Assembly (NCBI GenBank): GCA_951406725.2
Contig: OX597821.1
Location: 57,102,001 to 57,166,000, forward strand
Direction of reading: 5' to 3'
Length of the DNA stretch: 64,000 bases
Origin: Octopus vulgaris
Lineage: Eukaryota
Made by a program: the position numbers and the translations under genes. Below the pieces are notes generated by a model, which saw nothing but the letters and a program-made list of their open reading frames with translations, was not told the DNA's origin and searched no databases. Positions 11,462 through 22,448 of this stretch are shown piece after piece. The first letter of the stretch is position 1. Each line of letters opens with the position of its first letter.

Positions 11462-12871
11462 CAATGTCATTCTAAAAATAAATAATCACATCATTGAAAT
11501 CTCAAAGCTATGAGATAGTGCTTAATTAATGCCAAACAATATGATTAAATAAACATCACATTTGACAGAATAATCTGAATACTAAAGGGATAAAAGGTTC
11601 AGTCGAACAAATTGATCCCTAATTCTTGATTTTTGGGCCTGCTTTTGCACCTGGCTAATGGTTAAGGTGCTGCACCGTGATCGTAAGTTCGTGATTTTGA
11701 TTCATAGACTGGTCTATGCATTGTTCTGGTACAAAACACTTCATTTCGCATTGCTTCAGTCCGCTCAGTTTGCAAAGGTGAGTTACTCTGGGATGGACTT
11801 GTGTCCCATCCAGAGGACAATGTATATGTTACAGAAACTAGGAAGCTGGTCTTATGAATCTGTATGACTTGGGAAGGGAGTTTTGTCCCCAACACTTTTT
11901 TTCCCACTGTTCTCTTTTGCTGAATCATTCAGCTGTGGAGACAGAAATAAACCCACACCAATTGTCAAGCAGTGAGTGAGGGGACACATGCACGCACACA
12001 GTTTATGTCAACCACATTCACTCGCAAACATTGCTCAACCTGGGGCTTTAGTAGCAGCCACCTACCTGAGGGTCCATGCAACGGGATTGAACCCAAACCA
12101 CATGGTTGCAAAGTGAGCTTTTTAACCACATAGCCATGCCTACCAAGAATATTTTTTCTCTTTTCTTTTCTTTTCTTTTCACATTTTGAACCTTTATTAC
12201 AAAACTGCTAAATGGTATGGACATTCTGTTTTCCAATCAATAAACTCTTTGTAATTCCATTAATGTTTCATATCACTTAACTCATCAATCAGGGAGTGGT
12301 TTCTTTTCTTACATCAGCAGTTCACATTTTCATTATATTAATAATGATTTGCTAATATAGACACAGGCATGGCAGTGTGGTTAAGAGCCTCGCTTTGTAA
12401 TGACATGGTTTTGGGTTCAGTCCCACTCCACATCACCTTTGACAACTGTCTCTTCCATTATAGTACTGGTCTAACTAATGCCTTGAGAGTGAATATGGTA
12501 GATGGAAACTGTGCAGAAGCCTTCTGTGAGAGGAGTATTTGAGAGGGGGTGGTGGGTTTCTGCCAGGTGTTGAAAGGCTAAAATATGATAGGGGGACTAG
12601 CACAGGTGAGAGAGATGATACATGGCTACTTTGCATTATATAAGGATTGTGGGCAAGTGTTTTCTACTATAACTTCAGGCCAACCAAGACCTTGTGAGTG
12701 GATCTGTTACATAGAAACTCAAAGAAACCCATTGTGTGTGTATCTCTCATCATCCTCATCATCATTTAACATCTGCTTTCCATGTTGGTTTGGGCTGCCC
12801 AGGCTCCCTGTCTGTTTTGGCATGGTTTTTCTGGCTGGGTGTCCTTCCTAACGCACATACATACACATATA

Positions 12872-13258
12872 TGGCTGTGTGGTAAGTAGCTTGCTTACCA
12901 ACCACATGGTTCTGGGTTCAGTCCCACTGCATGGCACCTTGGGCAAGTGTCTTCTACTATAGCCCCGGGCCGACCAAGGCCTTGTGAGTGGATCTGGTAG
13001 ACAGAAACTGAAAGAAGCCTGTTGTGTGTGTGTGTGTGTGTATACACGTGAGTATGTGTGTATGTTTGTGTCTGTGTTTGTTCCTCCCCCACTGATGTTG
13101 GTGTGTTAACATCCCGTAACTTAGCAGTTCAGCAAAAGAGGCCGATAGAATAAGTACTAGACTTACTACAAATAAGTCCTGGGGTCGATTTGTTTGACTA
13201 AAGGTGGTGCTCCAACATGGCCACAATCAAAATAACTGAAATGAGTAAAAGAATAAAA
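12872..13258 (+). mobile_element. SINE family A
   Basis: Same head, microsatellite and tail organisation as 10082-10510. Confidence 0.85.
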
Positions 13259-14579
13259 GTAGATAAATGGAGGGGAGCAACTGGGAAGAAAAGATGGTGA
13301 TGGTACCCTCAAGGCACAAAAAGGTGAGCATAAGAGAGATACAAAGAATGGATTGTGAGGGTGGGTAGTTTGAGAAGAGTGTAAAAGAGGAGTGGCGGGT
13401 GTTTGGAGATGGGGTGGTAGCAAGTGATGACCAAATGTAGCAAGTGATGACCAAAGATAGTGGTGCAGTTGATGGGAAATCCCAGCTGTGGGTGGAAAAT
13501 AGCGGAATGGAAACTACGGTGCTGGTGATGGGACACAAGTTTTTGATTCCTCATCTGATTTGCTGATAAACTGCCGACTCAGCTGCACACCTGTGAAAAT
13601 ACCTGCAGACTAATCTAAATGTTGCGAGTTCAATTTCTGCCACAAGTCATTGAACAAGACTTATTTTATTACGTTATTAATGCAAGATGTATCATTTTTT
13701 TCTTCGTCGTTGAGCGATTAATGATTAGAATAATATCCATTCAAAAATGATTATGTCATCTACAAACTCCATGGAAAATACCATAATTTATTGAATCACT
13801 GGGATTTTATTTATGTAACAGTGAATGTGATGCCAAAAATCAATATGTCTATCTATAATTTCTATCTGATTTCCATTGATTTACTTATTTACTTTTACAG
13901 GAGAATATATATCGTTGTAGTGACATTAAGGATAACTGACCACGTGGCCAGAAGTCCAGGTCTTACTGTCTCTGTTTACCTTTTTAAATTTTACTTGTTT
14001 CAGTCATTGGACTGTGGTCATGTTGGAGCACCGCCTTGAAGGGTTTTTGTCAAAAAAAAAAAATCAACCCCCGATTCTTATGTTTTTTTTTGTTTTGTTT
14101 TTGTTTTTTATTAAGTTCAATATTTATTCTACCTCTTTTGCTGAACTGCAAAGTTACAAGGATATAGACAAACAAACACTGGTTACTAAGCAGTGAGAAG
14201 ACTGCAGATAGAAAGACACATATGTAAACACACACAAATATGGGATTTCCATACTTTATCTGTTTACCAAATTCACTCACACTGCATTGGTTGGTTTGGT
14301 ACCATAATAGAAGACTCTTGCCCAAGGTGTCGTGCAGTGGGACTGAATCTGAAACCATACTGTTGCAAAGTGAGCTCCCTAGCCACTCACCCATGCCTAT
14401 GCTTACCGTTTTCACAGTTTGTGCCACTCTACATGGCTAACCCATTTCCTCTCAAGGTTTTACTACTGCTTCACAGTTAAGTAGTTAGCAATTGCTGTCT
14501 CACAGTGCAAAAAAGACCCCCCCCCCCCAAAAAAAAACTTTAATCCCAGCAAGCAAATTCTGCTGAGGTCAATCTTGCA

Positions 14580-14880
14580 TTAGAAAATTACCATTTTTAA
14601 TTCTCACAACGTGAGATATTCAGCAACAGTACTTTGTAGTAAAAATTGTTTGCCAACATAACATGGCAGTCCTGGTTTAGGACTAATGTTGCTGTAATTT
14701 AGCCCCAGGAGACATCGTCTCCAGCTAGCTATATGACACAATCTGTGTCCCTTATTTGAGATTATAAGGACATAGATCATGTCGTATAGGCAGCTGGAGA
14801 CGATGTCTCTGGAGCTAAATTACAGCAACATTAGTCCTAAACCAGGACTGCCATGTTATGTTGGCAAACAATCTTTACTC
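14580..14880. mobile_element. Foldback copy of the 350-nt retrozyme-like family
   Basis: Arms 14638-14755 and 14764-14879 are near-perfect inverted repeats. Sequence is shared with 46415-46550 and 46730-46841. Confidence 0.8.
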
Positions 14881-15208
14881 AGTTTTGTATGTCATTTTGT
14901 CGGAGTTGGGCTGATAAAGATTAGGGACCAGTCCATCCAGAGTAGTGGATTGGGGAAATAGTTAGAGGCATTGGACAGGATGCCTTGATGTACTTGTTCC
15001 AGTTCTTTGCATTATGAGTTCTTGGATTGCAGCCTTAATCCGTTGTTTGGTTCCACAACACCATTCGTTTGTTCGGTGATTTTTAGGGCGTTCATTCTCT
15101 TGTTAGCATTCTGGCCAGCTCGCTAGTTGAGGATAAATTCTTCCTTTCTTCAGTTTCGACAACCATGAAACATGAAAGACTCAATGGCACTGGCATCCTT
15201 CCCTAGCT

Positions 15209-15633
15209 GAGTGGCTGCGTGGGTTAGAAACTTACTTTTTTAACCACATCATTTTGGTTTCAGTCTCACTGAACAGCACCTTGAGCAAATCTCTTCTACT
15301 ATGGTCCCTTGCCAACCAATGCTTTATGAATGAATTTGGTTGAGGGAAACTGAATAGAAATGTGTGTGTGTGTGTGTATGGGGGTATGTGCATATATGTG
15401 TGTGCTTGTGTATATGTACACGTGTATATATGTATGTGTTTTTTGTGTTTGTCACCCACCACAACTTGACAGCTAGTGTTCATTTGTTTCTGTCTCTGTT
15501 AGTGGCTCAGCAAAAGAGACCAATACAATAAATACCAGATTTAGAATGTGTACTGGGATCAATTTGTTCAGCTAAACCCTTGAAGGCAGTGCTCCAGCAT
15601 GGCTGCATGCCAACAACAAACAAAGGTAAAAGA
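15209..15633 (+). mobile_element. Diverged SINE family A
   Basis: GAGTGGCTGCGTGG head, CACCTTGAGCAAA, (TG)n and GCTCCAGCATGGCTGCA tail. Confidence 0.75.
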
Positions 15634-15758
15634 TATCTTGTAAACACAGGAAAATAGTTGTAGAATTCTTGTTTTATTTTAAAGATTTAAATCTACACAC
15701 TTTATAATATTTTCTTGCATAATCATTTCTTTCCTTTGTTTCTTTTTTTCTTTTACAG

Positions 15759-15853
15759 AACGAGCAAAAGTATTTTGAAGACTATGCTTACCATTTTCTT
15801 GATATTTACAAAAATGTACTGGAGTCTGAATTTCAAGATTCATCTAATGCTGT
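15759..15853 (+). CDS. Internal coding exon, probably of a neurobeachin-like (NBEAL1/2-type BEACH-domain) gene
   Basis: Long polypyrimidine tract plus TTTTACAG acceptor and GTAAGT donor; 95 nt, phase 0 to 2; reads NEQKYFEDYAYHFLDIYKNVLESEFQDSSNA(V). The Y-x7-F-x3-Y-x3-L-x3-F spacing matches the NBEAL1 N-terminal segment [26 protein letters not shown] as I recall it (not database-checked). Confidence 0.62.
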
Positions 15854-15962
15854 GTAAGTTGGTTTACTTTAAATTCTTCAAATTCTGTTCTGTTCAGGGC
15901 TGATTTATTTTAAATAATAAACTCTGTGTGTGTATATGTATATATATATATATATATATATA

Positions 15963-16347
15963 CTAGCACTATGACCCGGCAACGCTGGGTCATAGTGCTA
16001 GTGCATGCATATACAGCTGCGTGCGTGCACACATACATGCGAGTACTGTCCAAATCTCCGACCAGTCACATACAGCTAGCTGGCATTCAATTGGCCTATC
16101 AAGTTTCGGGCATTTTGATTGGGTTTTGGATAGAAAATTCACAAAAAAGTCACTTCTATTGATTTTTTAATGGCTTTGCGGGGTGACTGGGGAAATGTAA
16201 AGATATGCACGACCACCCTTGGACGGTTTTGAATGACCATAGAAAGTGTGAGCGCTCTAACTAAAAAATTGTGGAATTGTATAAAGGACACACACACACA
16301 CACACACACAGAGAGACATTTTGCTGTTTATATATATATATATAAGA
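15963..16347 (-). mobile_element. Non-autonomous Helitron
   Basis: Minus-strand 3' end CTAG followed by T, with an 18-bp terminal hairpin (CTAGCACTATGACCCGGC-aac-GCTGGGTCATAGTGCTAG). The 5' end is TC + (TA)n with a subterminal (CA)n(GA)n tract. Confidence 0.75.
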
Positions 16348-16551
16348 AAATGGAGGAAATTAACAATAAAAAGTGTGTCTTTTTCGCTAGGAAGCCATTG
16401 AATTAGTTAAGAAAGGTGAGAGTGAGAGCGAGTTTATGATCGTTTCTGGTTACACTACCAATTACACCATGCATTACTGATGATCATTTCTATTGTGCCA
16501 GCATATTTAGATATAAAGAAAAAGATCCCAAATGCCAGTCTAACCAATATT

Positions 16552-16919
16552 CTTTACTCTTTTACTTGTTTCAGTCATTTGACTGCGGCCATGCTGGAGC
16601 ATCGCCTTTAATTGAGCAAATCGATCCCAGGACTTATTCTTTGTAAGCCTAGTACTTATTCTATCAGTCTCTTTTGCTGAACAGCTAAGTCATGGATCGT
16701 AAACACGCCCGGATCGGTTGTCAAGCGATGTTGGGGGAACAAACACACATATGTATATATACGGCAGGCTTCTTTCAGTTTCCGTCTACCAAATCCATTC
16801 ACAAGGCTTTGGTTGGCCCGAGTCTATAGTAGAAGACACTTGCCCATGGTGCCATGCAGTGGGACTGAACCCGGAACCATGTGGTTCGTAAGCAAGCTAT
16901 TTACAACACTCCCACTCCT
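16552..16919 (-). mobile_element. SINE family A
   Basis: Reverse complement of the full element. Confidence 0.87.
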
Positions 16920-16966
16920 AAGTATTTATATCAATTAAAGAGGTGATTTTCTCTATTGATCAAGTT

Positions 16967-17340
16967 ATCATCATCATTGTTTAACGTCCATTATCCATGT
17001 GGGCATTGGTTGGACGGTTCGACCGGGATCTGGGAAGCCATAAGGCTGCACCAGGTTCCAATCTGATCTGGCACTGTTTCTGCAGTTGGCTACCCTTCCT
17101 AATGCCAACCACTCCGAAAGTGTAGTAGGTGGTTTTTACATACCACTGGCACAGGGGCCAGAGGAGGACGATCGGTTGGTGTTTTTTACATGCCACTGGC
17201 AGGGAAGCTAGTCAAGGTGGCGCTGGCATCGGCCACATTCGGATGGTGCTTTTACATACCACTGGTGCAAGAATCACAACTACAATTTCCATTTGATTTT
17301 GTTGTACTTGACTCAATAGGTCTCCTCAAGCACAGCATGT
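16967..17340 (-). mobile_element. RTE-tailed retroposon family C
   Basis: (CAT)n, TTAACGTCC, CCCTTCCTAATGCCAACCACTCC and subrepeats. Confidence 0.75.
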
Positions 17341-17526
17341 CACCCTATGATCCAAGGTACTTTTGAGTGGGCTGGGGCTGATTTCTTAAAATTCCTCTTT
17401 TGAATCTATTGGTATATTGGTATCTGATTGTTTGATTTAGTTAACCCAAGATTGCTTAATATTGAGTGCTTTCTAGATATCTGCCTCCATTTATTTACCC
17501 CCTTTACCTCTTGTTCTATATATGTG

Positions 17527-17557
<31 letters not shown>

Positions 17558-17698
17558 AAGAGAAGAATTAGAATTACAAATCATGAATTTCATTAGTTTA
17601 CAGTTGTTTCTGCTACAAGATGTGTATCGTTTTCTATGTATGTTTTATGCTTTTTCATTAGTAATACACACACACACACACATATATATATATATTTA

Positions 17699-18073
17699 CG
17701 AGGGTGAGACAAAACGTAATGCCATTTTGTTTAGGTCAGATATAATTACCAACACAGGGACATGTATCATGCATCAAAATGAAGCTGGTCCTCTGTGGAT
17801 CACATCCTTACTTCTTTACATAGTCACCATTTCTCTCAATAGCAATGTTCCGCCTTCCAATGAGAGCATGCATCCCTGCTCCGTAAAATTCTGTCAACTG
17901 TTCTTTGAGCCACTTCTTTACTACACTTTTCACTTCCTCGTCACTGGAATAATGTTTGCCTCTCAAACCCTCTTTCATGGCACCAAAGAGATGATAGTCT
18001 GACCGCTATAAATCTGATGAGTGTGGAGGTAGTGAAGAAGTGGCTCAAAGAACAGTCAACAGAATTTTACAGG
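17699..18073 (-). mobile_element. Mariner transposon 3' relic
   Basis: TA+CGAGGGT terminal repeat at 17697. Minus strand 18029-17808 reads PPHSSDL*RSDYHLFGAMKEGLRGKHYSSDEEVKSVVKKWLKEQLTEFYGAGMHALIGRRNIAIERNGDYVKK*, a decayed YSPDLAPxD motif and mariner C-terminus. Confidence 0.88.
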
Positions 18074-19049
18074 AGGTGGGGGAACAAGCTAAAGATAAAA
18101 GATAAGACATTAAGGAAATAATATAAGGTATGTGTTGGGTGAGGGTAAGGTAGATAAAACTGTAGGTCAGTGTTGGAAGCAACAGCTGGAATGAATTGTA
18201 AGTTCACTGTGAATAAATCTTTGCCGTGGTGTCCTACTACTTTAGAGATTAACTGAAAGGAAGGGAAATGGTGTTAGTATAATGGCCAGGGTGCTTTAGG
18301 GTAGTGTCTGTGTTGTTTAAACGTTGTATTTGAGGTGCAAGTGTGGCTGTGTGGGTCAGAAGTTTCGTTTGCGACCACATGGTTTCAGGTTCAGTCCCAC
18401 TGTGTGGCTCTTTGGGCAAGTGTCTCCCATTGTAGTTCCAGGCTGACCGAAACCTTCTGAGTGGATTTTCTAGATGGAAACTGAGAGAAGCCCGTCATAC
18501 ATGCTGGAATGATATGTTGACATAATGACGGTCATCATCATTATCATTTTATATCCATTTTCCATGGCATGGGTTGGATGGCTTGACATGGAACTGGTCA
18601 GCCAAGTAGCTGTCCAGGCCCCAATTGTTTGTGGTATGGTTTCTATGGTTGGATGCCCTTCCTAACGCCGACTGCTTTACAGTGTGATGGGTGCATTTTA
18701 CATGGCACTAGAACAGGTGCCTCCTGTACAGCACTGGCACGAGTGCTTTTTACATGGCACCTGTAAAGGACAAGCTTGTATGTATGGATGATTGACTTTA
18801 GGTAGCTTGGCATGTCTTCTAAAATACAGCAAATCGCCACAATTCCTGGTTTCTTTTCGTTTCCTCAGTGAGGCTCAGTGTCTCAAGATCCTTTCTCTCT
18901 GAAGATCCTTTCTCAGCACTTCATCCCATGTCTTCCTAGGTTTATCCCTTCCACAGGTTTCCTCCACAATTAGAGCTTACAAACTTTCCAAGAAGTTAGA
19001 CAGTACTTGCATTTGGGAAGATATATTATATATAAACTTGTACATCATA

Positions 19050-19552
19050 GGCGTGGGAATGACTGTGTGGTAAGTAGCTTGCTTACCAACCACACGGTTC
19101 CGGTTTCAGTCCTACCGCGTGGCACCTTGGGCAAGTGTCTTCTACTATAGCCTCGGGCCGACCAAAGCCTTGTGATTGGATTTGGTAGATGAAAACTGAA
19201 AGAAGCCTGTCGTATATATGTATATATATATACATATATATGTATATATATATATGTATATATGTATATATATGTATATATATATGTATATGTATATATA
19301 TGTATATGTATATGTATATATGTATATATATATATATACGTATATGTATGTGTGTGTATCTGTGTTTGTCCCCCCAACATCGTTTGACAACCGATGCTGG
19401 TGTGTTTACATCCCCATAAATTAGCGGTTGGGCAAAAGAGACCAATAGAATAATACAAAGAATAAGTCCTGGGGTAGATTTGCTCGACTAAAGGCGGTGC
19501 TCCAGCATGGCCACAGTCAAATGACTAAAACAAGTAAAAGAGTGAAAAAGAG
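19050..19552 (+). mobile_element. SINE family A with expanded internal (TA/TATG)n
   Basis: Full head and tail with about 145 bp of internal microsatellite. Confidence 0.88.
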
Positions 19553-20659
19553 AAATAATGATACGGAGTTGCAGTGATAAAGATTTTTTTACAATGGTGG
19601 AGCATGGGGCATGGCGTTTGAGCATGCAGACCACACAGAATGACCCCTTTATATAGGTGTACTTGCTACAGTCAAGACCCACACTGTGCCACTGGATCTT
19701 TTATGGAAAAATTTGAAACGAGCAACCAAACTTCTTTCATCACTGTCTCTCGTTCATTCACTCTACAATCAATCGTTTGTTTTCAAATTGCTTCGTCTCG
19801 CATGCCCTACATAATTGTACCAAATGACTACACAATATATATGCATACATATATTTTTTTCTTTATATATTTATTATATTATTGACAATGACTTTGAAGT
19901 TTTGTGGCTGGTGGCCTATTCAAACACTTCATGTTTTGAAGTATGTTAAAGCTTAAACACGTATTGAGTGTTCTATCCAGTCAATGTTCATACATACCCT
20001 ATATATTTCAGACACTTATCTTTAATTATACAGCCTTAAAGTAGGGCTTTCGTAATAATAATAATAATAACAATAATAATTTATTATTGTTATTATTTTT
20101 TATTTTTATTTTATTTTACTTTTTTAGTGTTATATTATCGTGTGTTTTTCTCTAACTGCAACAGTGTGGAACAGTTTACAGAAAACGTTGACCTCTTACA
20201 TATTGCCTGAACAGTTGCTCATACAATGGCTTTAAGTGTAAGATTATCCATATCGTGATGTCATGTTATTGTCTTCAGTTTTATTTATATCACATTTAAA
20301 AGTAAGGACGGCTGTGGAGTTTAAGACATTGATTTGCTGACCGCATGGTCTTGAGTTCAATTCTGCTGCTTACCCTTCCTGGCAAAGTGTCTTCTGTTGT
20401 AGCTGTTGGTAAACCCAGGCCTTCTCAGTGGATCTGGTAAATGAAAGCAGAAAGAAGCTCATTGTGTGTGTGTGTGTGTGTAGATGAAAGCAGAAAGAAG
20501 CTTGTCATGTGTGTGTGTATGAACACACACACATATACATATGTGTCTATGTTTGTCATCACACCACCATCACTGCTTGAAAACTGGTGTTACTTTGTTT
20601 ATATCTCCGTAACTTAGTAGTTTGGCAAAAGTAACCAGTAGAATAAGTTATATATATAT

Positions 20660-21056
20660 AGGAGTGGCTGTGTGGTAAGTAGCTTGCTTACCAACCACAT
20701 GGTTCCGGATTCAGTCCCACTGCGTGGCATCTTGGGCAAGTATCTTCTGCTATAGCCCTGGGCCGACCAATGCCTTGTGAGTGGATTTGGTAGACAGAAA
20801 CTGAAAGAAGCCTGTCATATATATGTATATATATATGTATGTGTATGTATATGTTTGTGTGTCTGTGTTTGTCCCCCTAGCATTGCTTGACAACCGATGC
20901 TGGTGTGTTTACGTCCCCATCACTTAGCAGTTTGGCAAAAAAGACCGATAGAATAAGTACTGGGCTTACAAAGAATAAGTCCCGGGGTCGATTTGCTCGA
21001 CTAAAGGTGGTGCTCCAGCATGGCCGCAGTCAAATGACTGAAACAAGTAAATGAGT

Positions 21057-21060
<4 letters not shown>
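20660..21060 (+). mobile_element. SINE family A
   Basis: Full-length copy, flanked by (TA)n. Confidence 0.88.
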
Positions 21061-21118
<58 letters not shown>

Positions 21119-21123
<5 letters not shown>

Positions 21124-22412
21124 TGCAATGGGTAAATTACGCCACTTTATATTTTTAATTTCACACGTATGCATTGTTTGTTTTTGATTTTGTCGGCTAC
21201 ACAGTATAGCAGAGTCAGTTAGGTACTGTCTGTGAAAAAAACAGTACCATGACGTAATTCAGAAATTTGGAAATTACATGCTGTACTGCTTGGTATTCGT
21301 TGCTGGAAGCTCCAATACGAACATTTCAGTGTTTGGGTGTCAATCTGAGGACAGTGCAGAGGATTCGGAAAGAGTTGGATGAGTCTAATGGTGATTACAA
21401 AGGTACGGCAGCTCAGAAAACACTCTGATTGTTCTGAAAGGAAAAGAACTCCTAAATTTATTGGTGAGATCCAGGCCATGATTGACAACGGTCCATCACC
21501 AGAGTCCATCACCAGGGACATGGGAATGTCTAAGTTTCTTATCAAGCAGGTAGTGCATGAAGACATTCAGTATTCCTCATACAAGAAAGGGCCAATTTTT
21601 ATCCCAAGCCATCAAGGTCAAGAAGAAAGACTGTGCTATGGCGCCTTTGAACAAACTCATGCATGCCACCCAACCGAACATGCTTTGGTTTTTCTCAGAC
21701 AAGAAAAATTTCTGTCAGGATCAGATGGTGAACACACATAACAACCTTTGGCTTGCAATGTCCCCAAAACATGTACCGGGAGTGATAAAAATCGAACATT
21801 CAGTCGACATCATGGTATTTGGAGTGATCACTTGTGATGGTGATGTCATACCTCCATTCATCTTCCCATGCAGCCTCAAACCCTACGTGGAGGCTTACAT
21901 CAAGTGCCTGGAGGAGATAGTGTTGCTCTGGGTCAAGAGGGTGACTGCTGGAAGACCCTATATCCGGCAACAAGACTCTACACCATGTCACACAAGCAGG
22001 AGAACCCAGTCATGGCTGTCAGACAATTTCTGCAACCACATCATCCCTAACATCTGGCCACCTAACTCTTCAGACTGCAATTCCCTTGATTATTATGTAT
22101 AGGGCGCAGTTGAACGAGAGACCAACAAAACTCCTTGTAACACCAAAGATGAACTGAAGGCAAGGATTATGGCAGCATTCAACCAACTTAAACAAGGAGA
22201 CCGTCTAGAAGAGTTGCAGGAGATTCCGAAGTTGTCTGGAGGCCGTGGTTGAAGCCAATGGTGATTTTATTGAATAAATTTACTCTTTAGCATTTCAAGA
22301 TAGTTTTATGTAATTTTGGTAAATATATTTGTTAAAAATGAGATATCAGTGTTATTGTGTTATTTTTATTGTTTTTGCATAATTTAGATGACAATTTACT
22401 CACTGCACCCTG
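21119..22412 (+). mobile_element. Tc1/mariner superfamily DD37D (maT-type) transposon, frameshifted transposase pseudogene
   Basis: TIRs CACGGTGCAATGGGTAAATT / AATTTACTCACTGCACCCTG followed by TA. ORF pieces 21379-21741 and 21557-22102 carry WFFSDKKNF, QQDSTPCH and WPPNSSDCNSLDYYV, with 37 residues between the second and third catalytic D. Confidence 0.9.

Positions 22413-22448
<36 letters not shown>

Noticed and set aside
13900-13960. Acceptor-like TTTTACAG at about 13892-13899
   Set aside because: No convincing donor or coding similarity; it could be a non-coding exon but is unsupported.
16391-16415. 25-nt AG...GTGAG micro-exon candidate
   Set aside because: It has a stop codon in the phase required after the 15759 exon.
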